A DNA stretch of 64,000 nt from a virus. Shown piece after piece: positions 1 through 11,061 of this stretch. The number at the start of each line of letters is the position of its first letter. Within the stretch, counting starts at the first letter, position 1. The notes below the pieces were generated by a model. That model was not told the DNA's origin, searched no databases, and saw only the letters and a program-made list of their open reading frames with translations. Position numbers and translations under genes: made by a program. Where the stretch lies: positions 1-64,000 of IMG/VR virus record IMGVR_UViG_3300031918_000730; one strand, written 5' to 3'.

Positions 1-1231
1 CAGAAGAATACTTTGGCAATGCCCTGAATTTTAGATCATATCCAGCCTCTAGCGAAATTTCACCAGATGACGAATCTATGTACAGTAGCGACCCACCATT
101 CAACTGCTTATAGACGTAGATTTCAGGAGGCGCATATCGTGAATCAAATGTAGGATCTTCAGTAACTGAACTATCTCCAACATATGATTCTATAGATTCT
201 AAAGTAATGTCGTATTCTGAAGTTTTAGACGATACTGTGACGGTTGAATATATTTCCTGAAGGTCGCATATTGGTAGTATCACGGTGCTCGAAGATAGCT
301 TAATAGTGCCACTATCGTCAAACAGTTGGACAGTTGCAGTTATTTGACTCGACTGAGTAGAGAGTGATAGTGATACTTGCACGTTCAAGGCATTCAACTT
401 AGAAATTCCATCTAAGTTTAAGACTGTGTGGCTAGACTTTATCGGATACTTAAGTTCATTGTACACATATCCGTTCTGATCTGCGACAAGTGACGTTGCG
501 CTATTCACTAAGTATTGAGTTATATCTGACTTTAATGCATACCTACCGTCAGTTCCAAGAGATATTGGATTGAAGCTCTTGAAATTACCCGATGCGAATG
601 AAGGCTGTACGACTCCATTCTTATAGACCCTTAAGTATACGACTCTCTCACTACTAGTCAGCCTGTCGCTTTCGCACAGGTCAGTCAAGTTACTGGCAGA
701 GTAATCCCAGAAACTACTTGGGGTGTGAATATCTGAATTGAACAGTTCTGGATACTCTACCTTATGAGTAGGAGGTGCCTTGGCGAATACCAGTGCGATC
801 TCATAGTCACTAGTCAATGAAACCTTGAACTCTAGCTCGTCTTTCTGGTAAGAAGGGTCGATTTCTTCGAAAACGTCATAAGACACGTTCTCATTGTTTC
901 CGGGATTTGTATTTAAGTCTCGTAGCCTATATAGAACCTTAACGTCATTAGATGACAGTCCTATCATATTTTTAGGCGTAGACTTTATCTGGATCTTCTC
1001 GTAATTGGTGTACGCTAAGTACGCATCACCTGACGAAATCCATCCAGCAGTATCCACAGTGCCTAATTTAGCTCCACTATACACAACCTCAGGCAATAAC
1101 TTACCTGCAGAATTAATCAATTTTCCGCTAGTAAGTTTGAATTCACTAGTGAAATTATCGCTCACGCTTGCCTGCGTTAGATATGAAAATGCACTGATAA
1201 TACTCGAAAACGAATCAATCCTTGAAGTCAT
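1..1231 (-). CDS. Virion structural protein (baseplate/tail region), truncated by window edge
   Basis: Not in ORF track. Read by hand from ATG at 1231 (MTSRIDSFSSIISAFSYL...) with no stop before position 1; Ser/Thr-rich; TAAATA lies 5 nt upstream. Confidence 0.6.
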   Translation of the reverse strand, partial: MTSRIDSFSSIISAFSYLTQASVSDNFTSEFKLTSGKLINSAGKLLPEVVYSGAKLGTVDTAGWISSGDAYLAYTNYEKIQIKSTPKNMIGLSSNDVKVLYRLRDLNTNPGNNENVSYDVFEEIDPSYQKDELEFKVSLTSDYEIALVFAKAPPTHKVEYPELFNSDIHTPSSFWDYSASNLTDLCESDRLTSSERVVYLRVYKNGVVQPSFASGNFKSFNPISLGTDGRYALKSDITQYLVNSATSLVADQNGYVYNELKYPIKSSHTVLNLDGISKLNALNVQVSLSLSTQSSQITATVQLFDDSGTIKLSSSTVILPICDLQEIYSTVTVSSKTSEYDITLESIESYVGDSSVTEDPTFDSRYAPPEIYVYKQLNGGSLLYIDSSSGEISLEAGYDLKFRALPKYSS

Positions 1232-1236
1232 GGTGA

Positions 1237-1242
1237 TATTTA
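1237..1242 (-). promoter_or_regulatory. Late promoter TAAATA, leaderless spacing
   Basis: 5 nt to ATG 1231. Confidence 0.7.
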
Positions 1243-1244
1243 TT

Positions 1245-3338
1245 TTACAGAACGGTATCTAAGTCGTATGCATATTTCAATGTAGCCGAATTATTGGTGA
1301 CTAGATTGGTCCACATTAGATCAACAACTAGGGCACCGATAGACTCATCGAAGTACGCCACGCTCAAATCTGCTCGAATCCTAATTCTAGGGTCTTGCAT
1401 TTCTACTTCAGCCTTAAGATCGGCAATGATGCTCACAGAGTCCATGTCTGCGTTTATCTCAGCAAGTCTCGACGTGATGCTCACTCCAAACTTAGGATTG
1501 AATATCCTCTCAAACATCTCAGTAGCCAAGATGTTGATCAATGCCTGATAGACTGCGAAGTCGTCAGTGACCACTCCCGGACCAACCCATGCCATATCAA
1601 TTGCGTAGCTCGAACCTCCCTGTAGGCTATCGAGAACCTCTTCAGACCTATACTCCTGCGCACTGGTGTCGAATGTCCTTCCACCTGAGGTAGCGACGAT
1701 GATGAGATGATTACGCTGTCCACTAAACTCCTTGAAGCCTATGTGAGAGAATACTCTGAGGCTGTTATTTGTCAGCTTCTTTATATATATTGGAGTGTCG
1801 TATGTGTACTCTAAACCTTCAACAGGGTTAGAGCCGTCAATGGTGTATCTCACCTTACTGTCATCTGCCGAGTTATACTTTGACATATAGACTGCAAATG
1901 TGTCAACATCATCGTATGTGAATGTGTTAGGTATTGTAATATCTGATTTAGCTGGAGTGGCAGGTAATGTATATACTAAATTGACCTTTGCTCCATTTAG
2001 TGTTCTCCACACCTCAATCACAGGAGGCTGTAGTCCAATGTCTGGTAGTTCTATGAGTAGGTATTCCTCAACTACATTACTGTTGTCGCATCTAGGGGAG
2101 TATGCGAAAAATCGCAGTTGATAAGAACCTTCGTCACTAAACTGTGAATTAAATGTGGCGTTGTCGTATTTTGAAGAAAAAACAGATGGATCTGATCCGT
2201 CGAGAGTATAATACACGGTCGAATTAGGCTCATGACTGATGCTGTATTCCACCAACCCAGTACCTACATCTACAGTCTTGACTAGTGAAGGGGTTGGGAC
2301 TTTGCAGTTGAATCCATATGCCTGAGATGCGACTAATCCGTCACTAACTCCATTTCCGAATATCTTAGCCTTAACGGTAACAACTCCGACCTCATATAGT
2401 TCAAATGGAGAGACATACAACTCAGACTCTCTAGTAGGTTCTTTACCGTCCAGTGTGTATCTCACTTCGTAGTATTCTGGGATGACTCCCGAGTCACTAC
2501 TCACAATAACCTCTATTGCTTCATAGTTGTCCATTGAGGATAATGGAGTGACCTTGATTACAGGAGCAACTGCCTGTTCAATGTATCCGGTGAAAGGTGA
2601 ATTATGCACGGTAGCATTACCTGTCACGGTGATCGACTTGGCATATATCGCACCATCTACGATGGAATTGTTAATCACCACGTCACTCTCAGGAGCGAAG
2701 ATAGTACCCTTGATCTCTGAATTATTGATATTCAAAGTATCTGCACCGATAGCGAAGATGACATCACTAGGTGCGCAATTCAATGTCATGTGTAATCCAG
2801 TAAGGGTCACCGATTGACCGACTGCATTCAACTTTATTAGAGAATTTGATGCGGCCTTTGTCGACAGTACTAGCGAGGTAGTATTCTGAAGCGGACTGAG
2901 TTGAGCATTGAATACGTTTATTGATTTGGAGTAATTACCCTTTAGGGTGTATGTAGGTGAAGTGAAGACTGCACTTCCGTTAGCTGGCAATGATAGTAAA
3001 TACTTGAGGTAGCCTAAAAGGTCGGTAGTCTCGATGAATCCCGGAAGTGCATTGAATGCTATTACTTCGTACTGATTTACATCCCATGAGGTATCTACAG
3101 TGGCAATTCCAGAGTAGTATATGTTCTTATTAGACTTTCCATTAGCTAGGTGTATATTACCTTTACATGAGATAGAATAGTCACCACTATAGGAAGGATC
3201 GCCAATACTATTAGCTCCTTGGGCTATTGACATGTTGCCATTGCAATTGACCCCGCCATCAATAACTAGGTTAGCCGCAACATTCTTTGAGAAATTTCCA
3301 ATCGAATATACGTTCGATCTACCAAGATTAACTATCAT
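1245..3338 (-). CDS. Multidomain baseplate protein: choice-of-anchor-A-like beta-helix + 3 CHB_HEX_C/Fn3-associated repeats + C-terminal gp25-like domain
   Basis: N-terminal GTIFAPESDV..GAIYAKS; repeats YTLDGKEPT, YTLDGSDPS, YTIDGSNP; C-terminal YQALINILATEMFERIFNPKFG...EVEMQDPRIRI matches the GPW/gp25 pattern. Confidence 0.75.
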   Translation of the reverse strand: MIVNLGRSNVYSIGNFSKNVAANLVIDGGVNCNGNMSIAQGANSIGDPSYSGDYSISCKGNIHLANGKSNKNIYYSGIATVDTSWDVNQYEVIAFNALPGFIETTDLLGYLKYLLSLPANGSAVFTSPTYTLKGNYSKSINVFNAQLSPLQNTTSLVLSTKAASNSLIKLNAVGQSVTLTGLHMTLNCAPSDVIFAIGADTLNINNSEIKGTIFAPESDVVINNSIVDGAIYAKSITVTGNATVHNSPFTGYIEQAVAPVIKVTPLSSMDNYEAIEVIVSSDSGVIPEYYEVRYTLDGKEPTRESELYVSPFELYEVGVVTVKAKIFGNGVSDGLVASQAYGFNCKVPTPSLVKTVDVGTGLVEYSISHEPNSTVYYTLDGSDPSVFSSKYDNATFNSQFSDEGSYQLRFFAYSPRCDNSNVVEEYLLIELPDIGLQPPVIEVWRTLNGAKVNLVYTLPATPAKSDITIPNTFTYDDVDTFAVYMSKYNSADDSKVRYTIDGSNPVEGLEYTYDTPIYIKKLTNNSLRVFSHIGFKEFSGQRNHLIIVATSGGRTFDTSAQEYRSEEVLDSLQGGSSYAIDMAWVGPGVVTDDFAVYQALINILATEMFERIFNPKFGVSITSRLAEINADMDSVSIIADLKAEVEMQDPRIRIRADLSVAYFDESIGALVVDLMWTNLVTNNSATLKYAYDLDTVL

Positions 3339-5244
3339 GTACTAACTCCAATGCGCATTGTTCGCTCCAATTATCTCTAAATTCACATCCAGTTCCGACA
3401 TGTAAAACTTGCTTAACCCTGTTCATACCTAGCGGCGGATTTATGAATAGAGTACCGTACTCTGCAGTCAACTTAGCATAGAAACCCTGAAACACAGTGT
3501 TAATTGGCTTTATTCTTCTGATTGTCTTAGCAATGGTAGAAAACTGTGTTGAGCTACGAGCGATATTGAGGTAATCCTTGAGGATGTCAAATTCGACTCT
3601 AAAGTGAGGACTTGCGTACCAATCGTATATCGAAGTTCCACTCAATAGCGCATGACCCTTGAACTGGTTAGACATCTCAGTGGAAACTTCATCGTCACTA
3701 GCGCCTTCAATGTTATTAGCATCGATGAATTCATCCATGTCCCCGCTTATTAGTCTACCATCGATGAATTCAACGTACCCGTCAACCTTCGAGTCTCCTC
3801 TAGTGAATAGAGTGACAATCCTACCCACCAGTCCGAAGCTGAGCAATACCATCTCAATACCACTGTCAGTACCCTTCATTCTATTATACTCTGGCATGTT
3901 GTCGATCAGGTTACGAAGAACCTTTTCTTTCTCGTCCTTAGTCTTATAGTACGAATTCTGATTGATTTCCTGTTCGTCAGTCTCAATCGAGTATCCGAAG
4001 TGCTGAGCTACTAATCTCAAGTATTCGTAGTCAAACACCTTAGGGTCTTTCGAATACGCCATCCTATAAATCTTTTCAGCAATTGACGCACCCTTAGGGT
4101 CATGCCTATACTGATTCTCCGAGGAAAACCTATCGTAGAATACTTCAGGGTGCTGATACTTCTTGATCACGAGTAGCGATGATGCTATACAAGGAACCTC
4201 GTTAGAGGAAAACAACGCAACATCAATTAGCGAAGTTGGATACACTGTCATTGCGAATGTACCAATTGGAGATTGATCTATCAAATCCAATACTGAATTT
4301 AGTGACTCTACATTAGCAACAGCCTCAAGTCCAAATGTGACCCTGAATGAAGAAGTGTATAGTGGATCTATTTCCAGTTCGTCGAATGTCACACTATCAG
4401 CGACAAAAGGCGGCTTCTTATTATAGTCAGTGTAGTCTGAAACTCCATAGTAGAGTGGTACTTTCCTAGACTCTACGCTGAATTTAACTGCAGTGTTCCC
4501 TGCAAACCCAGCGAAGTCGCTCAAGAATGATACACCATCACAAGCATAATAAGTGAACAGGATTTCAGGAGAATTTCCATATGAAGGTATTAGCGAACGA
4601 AGAGCCTCAAGACTCATTGCTGTTTCGTCAAGGGAAATACTTGGATTCTTAGTTATCGTGCTAATGTACATGAACAATCCATAGAATGCTTCATTTGATT
4701 TTGCATTTGAGGAGTATGCGTTTTCTAGCTTATTGTAGAATTCAGCGGTTGAGTAATATTGCTTCGGTTCGTTGTAGTAAGAATACAGTGAACCAGAATC
4801 ACCTAGGAGAGTCTTACTATTCTCTTCCTTATATGCGTCCATCACATCAAAGTCGATAGCCCATGTATCGATGTCGCGTTCCTTATAGTACTCTTCAATT
4901 GGATCGTTGCCTGTGTTTGAGTAGTCGAGTGCGCTCGACAATGCCTTCTTGTACATTGCTGGCGTATGGTTATATGGCCGTCTAATCTCAGTATATGAGG
5001 TGCTTACCGTAGAAGGTGAGCATGATTCAGTGGACTTGTATGACTGAACTACTGTAGGGGTGGGGATTTTCCTATAACCGTCGTTCAAATAGTCCTGAAA
5101 CAAATAAATGACCTTCATTAGGTCTGGCCTGTTCCTTATATGCCCCGGTAGCATCGAGTAAAAATCGATATAGCGATGTAGTCCCTTGTCAGAAGTAGGC
5201 TCTATCGAATACCCTATTACGTTTCCGCCGTAAAATTCATCCAT
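3328..5244 (-). CDS. Baseplate wedge protein (gp7/P2 gpI-like C-terminal region)
   Basis: YLRLVAQHFG...NMPEYNRMKGTDSGIEMVLLSFG...IRRIKPINT pattern; adjacent to gp25 fusion; late promoter. Confidence 0.55.
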   Translation of the reverse strand: MDEFYGGNVIGYSIEPTSDKGLHRYIDFYSMLPGHIRNRPDLMKVIYLFQDYLNDGYRKIPTPTVVQSYKSTESCSPSTVSTSYTEIRRPYNHTPAMYKKALSSALDYSNTGNDPIEEYYKERDIDTWAIDFDVMDAYKEENSKTLLGDSGSLYSYYNEPKQYYSTAEFYNKLENAYSSNAKSNEAFYGLFMYISTITKNPSISLDETAMSLEALRSLIPSYGNSPEILFTYYACDGVSFLSDFAGFAGNTAVKFSVESRKVPLYYGVSDYTDYNKKPPFVADSVTFDELEIDPLYTSSFRVTFGLEAVANVESLNSVLDLIDQSPIGTFAMTVYPTSLIDVALFSSNEVPCIASSLLVIKKYQHPEVFYDRFSSENQYRHDPKGASIAEKIYRMAYSKDPKVFDYEYLRLVAQHFGYSIETDEQEINQNSYYKTKDEKEKVLRNLIDNMPEYNRMKGTDSGIEMVLLSFGLVGRIVTLFTRGDSKVDGYVEFIDGRLISGDMDEFIDANNIEGASDDEVSTEMSNQFKGHALLSGTSIYDWYASPHFRVEFDILKDYLNIARSSTQFSTIAKTIRRIKPINTVFQGFYAKLTAEYGTLFINPPLGMNRVKQVLHVGTGCEFRDNWSEQCALELVHDS

Positions 5245-5249
5245 CCTGT

Positions 5250-5271
5250 TATTTATTTACCCCAATAAATA
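5250..5271. promoter_or_regulatory. Back-to-back late promoters TAAATA
   Basis: Minus 5255-5250 is 5 nt from ATG 5244; plus 5266-5271 is 6 nt from ATG 5278. Confidence 0.75.
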
Positions 5272-5277
5272 TCATTT

Positions 5278-6840
5278 ATGAAGTCGGCAATACTAAATCA
5301 AGCACTACCAAAAATTGCAGAAAATACAGATTCTGGTTTCTGGCTATCGATCACACACTTTTCACTAGCTTGGATCTCTGACGAGGAGAGGGTTGCCAAT
5401 CCGGTAGCCTCCACTATGACTGAGTTGGTAAGACAAACCCCTTCAGACGGTATCGTAAGGGGCGACCACGTCTATAATATCTGGCAAACCGCATTTCCAT
5501 ATGACCAGTTTGCTGGTGAATTCTACAAGGAAACTGAAGATTATCAGATAAACAAGCTACTTTCGACATACTTCCAGTACGAGTACGACGATTGTGCAAA
5601 GTACAATAAGCTGAAGAAGAATCAAAACTATACTGCCGACTGGCCATCCAATATCGGCCCTGAAATCGGAGAGCTAAACGGATATTCGTCCGTAACACCG
5701 ACTCTAACCAGTGAATTGACAGTCGCTAACATGCCTTACCCATTGAACGAAGCCAATGGAGTTGCAGGTATCACTAAGTTCAGTAAGCTGTTCCCTATCA
5801 AGGCTTACAACTTAATAGGTAAAGACGATAATGACGGAACTGTAACGATAAACTACAGTCTAGATTTGCCTGCAATATCTAGCAAAATTGCAAATGCAAT
5901 AAACTTCTACGCTAATTCAATTGGCAATTTCAAGTTCAATAGAATCGGACTGCATATGTCTGTTTGCACTAAGGTAGAACCTTCTAGTGCAGATCAGGTA
6001 AAAGACGTATACATGCCACAGGCCGATAAGGAACCTGTACTATTCGCAGTGATAGATCTTGGTGGCCAAGGTCAAGGCTGTTCTGGTAATGACGTAAACT
6101 TCGAAATATATAAGACTAGAGATGACCGTGGATTCTCGGGTTGGAACTTCGATGCCCAGTTGGCAATCTCCATTGCGAACGGTGAGAATATCGCAGAGTC
6201 ATACGAGACTTTCTATGTAGATGCGATGCGCGACGATGCCACTAGGTATTACCAAGCGCAGATGATGAATAATGCATCAATCGCCCAGACAGTGATGCAA
6301 TTGCAGATGATGGTCCTTCAGTTGGCAACGTCCTTCGAGTCACTAACTGGGGTGAATCCTTACTCCACTATCAAGTTTGCTGGATATAATGTCGAAGCCG
6401 CACTCGGAGTCGATAGGGAATACACTATAAGTAAAGGCTCCTCTAACAATAGAATGCTACTAGATGGACTAGCTTTCAGGGGTGTATCTAATCAAGCTGT
6501 AGAGTATATCAATTCATCTAACGCACTATTCTCCCTAAAGTCTTACTCGAATCAGAATAGAATCAGCGACGGCGATCTAGTTAAGATCACAGTGTACAAC
6601 CTAGATGGAAGGTTCTACACCGTTGCTGGTAATGATGTGAGTAGGTGGAATGGTTCTATCTTATTCGCAAACTACGACGAAGCATCTGACAGTAAGACCA
6701 AGATATTTGAAATAAACACAGACCTCATCAAGGGTATGGGTTTTGCGAAAGTTACTGTACTATTCTCATTCTCAGCTTCCTTGCAGAAATGGGTTCTTGA
6801 GAATCTCTCGGTAATTGATGAAACTAATCTAATTGGCTGA
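5278..6840 (+). CDS. Baseplate/tail-fibre attachment protein
   Basis: GNFKFNRIGL...VLFAV resembles tail-collar fibre N-terminal domains; Q/M-rich coiled coil; late promoter. Confidence 0.45.
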   Translation: MKSAILNQALPKIAENTDSGFWLSITHFSLAWISDEERVANPVASTMTELVRQTPSDGIVRGDHVYNIWQTAFPYDQFAGEFYKETEDYQINKLLSTYFQYEYDDCAKYNKLKKNQNYTADWPSNIGPEIGELNGYSSVTPTLTSELTVANMPYPLNEANGVAGITKFSKLFPIKAYNLIGKDDNDGTVTINYSLDLPAISSKIANAINFYANSIGNFKFNRIGLHMSVCTKVEPSSADQVKDVYMPQADKEPVLFAVIDLGGQGQGCSGNDVNFEIYKTRDDRGFSGWNFDAQLAISIANGENIAESYETFYVDAMRDDATRYYQAQMMNNASIAQTVMQLQMMVLQLATSFESLTGVNPYSTIKFAGYNVEAALGVDREYTISKGSSNNRMLLDGLAFRGVSNQAVEYINSSNALFSLKSYSNQNRISDGDLVKITVYNLDGRFYTVAGNDVSRWNGSILFANYDEASDSKTKIFEINTDLIKGMGFAKVTVLFSFSASLQKWVLENLSVIDETNLIG

Positions 6841-6842
6841 GC

Positions 6843-6850
6843 TATAAATA
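6843..6850 (+). promoter_or_regulatory. Late promoter TATAAATA (leadered, SD)
   Basis: Exact T4 late consensus. Confidence 0.75.
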
Positions 6851-6866
6851 TCAAACAAGGTGACAA

Positions 6867-9800
6867 ATGAATAGTGAACAGCGTGCATTAGCTACATTAG
6901 ATCTCAGTCTAAAGAATGCGTTTGAGACTCTCAACAAGTATTCCATCTGGGCGACTACCCCAGACAGTGAAGTTACTTTCAATCTAGTTGACGCAGTTCC
7001 TACTTTGGAATCTGCAGGCTCAGGAATTTTCCTGAAGCCTATCACAGTACCGTCGTTTGCTTCAATAAGAAGCTCGATCTTCGGAACTGTAGGAACTCCA
7101 TCTACTAGGGCATTATACTGGAATCTAGACTTCATTGCAAGTAAAGGTTGGAAGTTCTCCAGCTTCGACGGTAATGATCCAGCAATTCTTGATATTCTGG
7201 TTGACACTAATTACGGATCTGTCGACCAGAGTGTCACTATCACAGATACCAACGTAACCGAAAACCTAATCAATTCATCGTTGCATCTTGATGCAAATTC
7301 TAGAATCTCACTGAACGGACCTACCGGAAGTCAGATATTCAATCTAAGTGCGGCTCAGTTAAGGGCTAAGCTAGAGAGCATCAACCTAGGAACTGCATCT
7401 GCAACTACCGCATTCTACGGTAAATCAATTCTATTGTCGAATGGCACCCCTTCGAGGGACGTGTTTAGGTACACCTACATTTCCAAGGGAGCTACCACTC
7501 CTGAGGTCAATAAGGTCGTAATCGGACCAGCAACTTCACAACTACAGTCGACATTCGATACTATTTTGAGGAGCGGAAGTCTTGAGATAGACCTGATCGC
7601 AGGTAAGAACTTCGCAATGAAGTTCTTGAATCAGGGTGCGGTGCATGGTGGTGACCTGTTGAAGGCCACATACAATACCCCTGACTACGACATCTACTTG
7701 GCATATAACTTCGGAAACGTGAACTCGCTTAACATCGGCGACGTGTCCAACCTTAATATAAGTGCAAGTGAGTCTTTCAAGCTATATGGAAACTACGGTT
7801 CTATCTTCGGTGACGCTGATGGAATTACAGTAGACTCTACCCTGAAACTAACCCTCACCTCAGATAAGCTAACCAGACTCGCGTCTAAGACCGAAGTCGA
7901 TATTGGCATTGAGGACGCAAATGGAAATATCTCCAGAGAAATACAAGTAACTAAGGGTAGTGTAGTAATTCCTAACCTGTATGTACAGAAGAAGGCTAAT
8001 TACATCCTCTCGGGTATCAAGCATGTTTCTCCTGAGACTATCGACCCTTCCGTGGTTTATTATCCAGATTCAGTCGCTAAGACCCTCAGTGATAGTTCAC
8101 TCGCATTCGAATACTCGAAGAACATTACTAGTCAGACAATCGAAGAAACAAGCGCAAGTGACTTCGCCAGCACTATCAATGATCTCAGCGGTGAAGTTAA
8201 GTCGTACCTAGTAAGGCTAGTCGACGATGGTATTGAGTTCATGAAGGCTGATGCAACATATGCAGATCCAGTGTCAGTAGTGACTTCAAAGTATGAAGTC
8301 GTTGCTAGTGTTGTCGGACTGTCAAATGTAGCCCCTTACAAGAACAATGCACAGCTTCAGATGATTTCCACCCCTAACGGAATGTACATATTTGTGCATG
8401 AATTAGAAGGTTTTAATCACGTCTATAACGTATACTTCTCAATAGATGCGCTCTCGTTCAGTAAACTACACTCTTACCAAATAAACGGAAGATTTATCTA
8501 TGAGGTGAGTATAGACTATACCACCACAGACACGGTCGATTACATATGGTTCACTCATGCAGTAGCCATGACCAATTCAACATCAAACTACGCAGAGTTC
8601 AATTTTGGAACTACATACGTCCTATTCCATCTAGAGAATAACTGTAGCGTTGTTAAGGCTAACATATTCAACGGCTCAATGAACCAGATAGTGGCTGGAT
8701 CTAATCCTGCTGTTGCTGGTCAGTATGGTAGATATGGATCGAAGGCTAAGGTTGTTGTAGTACCTGACACCATCCTCGGTTCATACGCAATGATCCTAGG
8801 AGCATATGGATGTTCGTGGATTAATGTCACCACTAAGAAGACCACAGAAGATTACATAGGCGGTGCATTTGGTGGAGTTGGACACACTGTAACAGGAAGA
8901 ACCCCGGTGTATTCACATGGCGTATTCCTGATGAAATATACCAACAAGTATAATTTCATAGAAGAGTCGCCAATAGTATCATTCGGAACTGATAACGGGA
9001 ACGGATCTGATTTCGTGACAGAGAGTGACATTCTAGACTTTAGCTGGAATGGAAGTAGCGGAAGTGCAATAGTATCTTCTGCAACTTCGACTAAGACTGT
9101 CACATTCAACACCCTTAAGGAACTGTCTGCGACTGTATTGACTAACTCGAATTCGAGATATAGTCAAGCCCTACATGCAGTATCGACTGAGAAAATCATA
9201 CTCAAGATGTTGGTGAATGGGCTAAATCCAGCACAGGCATTCTTATGTGAGGCTGATAATAACACCTCGTATACAGTTAACGCAACACTCACCGATTCAC
9301 TCTACGGTAATATAATATCCTCATTGGGTATCATGTACTATGACTGGACGGCCTCTTCGATTGTGTATTACGATAATGGAGTGAATGGAGTCGACCGTGA
9401 CTTGATTGAAGTCGTGGTCAATAAGTCAGCGGCCAATGGATCATATGACCTCACTGGCGCAATCGTCGACTATATTGGAATTAACTATCAGGAATACGGT
9501 AGCTTCTTCACTAACTTCGTCTTGAGTTCAGTGGCAGGAGGTGATTTCCTACTAACCAATTTAGAGGACGTTACTGATCGTAGGGTATATGTGGAGAAGA
9601 ATCTAGGTGACATCACCTCGATAATTGAATCTTCGAACAGTGTATTCAATCCGAGTAAGGTTTCAAAGGTCATCGCGACTAAGTACGATAAGACTAAGTC
9701 AATCGTAGTCTCTGCCTCAAACATGTACAACGCTAACGGTAAGATGGCTGAAGTGTCTCCTATCGCAAGAGTGTCGTCAATTGAGACTGTAAGAGGAGCC

Positions 9801-10355
9801 TTGAACTTCCACATCGAACCAATCTCATACTTGGTTAAGAATAGGAAGATGGGTATCACCTCACTGGAACTTGGTAACTATACTATCAACTCAACTGGTA
9901 TTGCAGGTTTGTATATACTACAGTCGAGCAATAATAAGTTCTCTGGATATAGAGTTCCATACGCAACTGACAGGTCAGGCAATTATGCAATTGTAGGTGC
10001 CGCGCAGGCTAAGTTCTCAAACCAATCCACTAGCGCACCTGAATCTCCTGACATGAATAGTTCAATAGATACCTTCTGCGTGACCATTGACTCCGAATAT
10101 TGCCATATACATGACAACATTTCGATAGCTAATAGCACAATGATAGTGTCCATTCCTTTCGGACTCATAGATCCTACCGACGCTACATTCGACCCTTCAT
10201 GCGCAATCGTGAATGAATTCAGTAATGTGGTGTCTGTCAAGTTGCCTTATATGTTCGGAGTTAGATCTCAGAATTGCGGTAGAGTATTCTCTAAGGGTAA
10301 GTCTAACCTAATACTAGGATTGACTGAAGTTGCTGAAATCGGAGGCGGTTGCTAA
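6867..10355 (+). CDS. Large tail fibre/appendage-like structural protein
   Basis: 1162 aa, S/T/N/G beta-rich; TATAAATA promoter plus SD; tail gene context. Confidence 0.5.
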   Translation: MNSEQRALATLDLSLKNAFETLNKYSIWATTPDSEVTFNLVDAVPTLESAGSGIFLKPITVPSFASIRSSIFGTVGTPSTRALYWNLDFIASKGWKFSSFDGNDPAILDILVDTNYGSVDQSVTITDTNVTENLINSSLHLDANSRISLNGPTGSQIFNLSAAQLRAKLESINLGTASATTAFYGKSILLSNGTPSRDVFRYTYISKGATTPEVNKVVIGPATSQLQSTFDTILRSGSLEIDLIAGKNFAMKFLNQGAVHGGDLLKATYNTPDYDIYLAYNFGNVNSLNIGDVSNLNISASESFKLYGNYGSIFGDADGITVDSTLKLTLTSDKLTRLASKTEVDIGIEDANGNISREIQVTKGSVVIPNLYVQKKANYILSGIKHVSPETIDPSVVYYPDSVAKTLSDSSLAFEYSKNITSQTIEETSASDFASTINDLSGEVKSYLVRLVDDGIEFMKADATYADPVSVVTSKYEVVASVVGLSNVAPYKNNAQLQMISTPNGMYIFVHELEGFNHVYNVYFSIDALSFSKLHSYQINGRFIYEVSIDYTTTDTVDYIWFTHAVAMTNSTSNYAEFNFGTTYVLFHLENNCSVVKANIFNGSMNQIVAGSNPAVAGQYGRYGSKAKVVVVPDTILGSYAMILGAYGCSWINVTTKKTTEDYIGGAFGGVGHTVTGRTPVYSHGVFLMKYTNKYNFIEESPIVSFGTDNGNGSDFVTESDILDFSWNGSSGSAIVSSATSTKTVTFNTLKELSATVLTNSNSRYSQALHAVSTEKIILKMLVNGLNPAQAFLCEADNNTSYTVNATLTDSLYGNIISSLGIMYYDWTASSIVYYDNGVNGVDRDLIEVVVNKSAANGSYDLTGAIVDYIGINYQEYGSFFTNFVLSSVAGGDFLLTNLEDVTDRRVYVEKNLGDITSIIESSNSVFNPSKVSKVIATKYDKTKSIVVSASNMYNANGKMAEVSPIARVSSIETVRGALNFHIEPISYLVKNRKMGITSLELGNYTINSTGIAGLYILQSSNNKFSGYRVPYATDRSGNYAIVGAAQAKFSNQSTSAPESPDMNSSIDTFCVTIDSEYCHIHDNISIANSTMIVSIPFGLIDPTDATFDPSCAIVNEFSNVVSVKLPYMFGVRSQNCGRVFSKGKSNLILGLTEVAEIGGGC

Positions 10356-11050
10356 TGTTGACCACAATGGAAGATCTGGCAGATAGGCTAGAAACCCTCA
10401 ACGAGAACACTCGCGAGTTACTCTATAAGCTGTATCTCTGGAATACTGTTGAAGATGTGGAAACCATACCAGTCACTCTCAGAGTGCCCAATGACCCATT
10501 CTTTCAGACATTCAGAATACCGACTAAGAAGCACGCGATTGACTATATCTCACAGCAGTCTGCTAATCTGAAGGTATCTAAAGTCACTAAGAACTGGGGT
10601 AAGTATTCGAAGAATGCAGACCTGCAAGGTTCTATCGACATGACTAAGGGTAAATCGCCTGATGTCAATCTAGTATTTTTCGATGGAAATGATGTTGCCG
10701 GATCTACCAAATTCTACCTCATGTCTGCGGCTGAATCTGATGTGTTCGAGTTCATAGTCACAGTCGCAACTTCATTTAATGCAAGCGATAAGGAACTTGT
10801 TCAGTTCTTCGACGCTCGTGGAAATAGGTTATGCGGATTGAAGAATGCTCCGACTTCAGGTGTATATGACACTACAGTACCCCCACAGAATAGGCTACCT
10901 GTCACCTACAAATTGACATTTAGGTATGTACCTGACGCAAATCTGGTTGACGATTGGAAGTTATTCGACTACTACGTCATGCCTAGTTTCAAATATGATG
11001 GTGCGGGTTCTTTCAAATATAACCCAAGTTTTAGAGATCCAACTACCTAA
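10355..11050 (+). CDS. Tail-associated structural protein
   Basis: TAATG overlap with previous gene and GGAGG at 10341 support a start at 10355; shares motifs with neighbouring proteins. Confidence 0.45.
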   Translation: MLTTMEDLADRLETLNENTRELLYKLYLWNTVEDVETIPVTLRVPNDPFFQTFRIPTKKHAIDYISQQSANLKVSKVTKNWGKYSKNADLQGSIDMTKGKSPDVNLVFFDGNDVAGSTKFYLMSAAESDVFEFIVTVATSFNASDKELVQFFDARGNRLCGLKNAPTSGVYDTTVPPQNRLPVTYKLTFRYVPDANLVDDWKLFDYYVMPSFKYDGAGSFKYNPSFRDPTT

Positions 11051-11056
11051 TAAATA
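11051..11056 (+). promoter_or_regulatory. Late promoter, leaderless spacing
   Basis: 5 nt to ATG 11062. Confidence 0.7.
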
Positions 11057-11061
11057 ATTGG

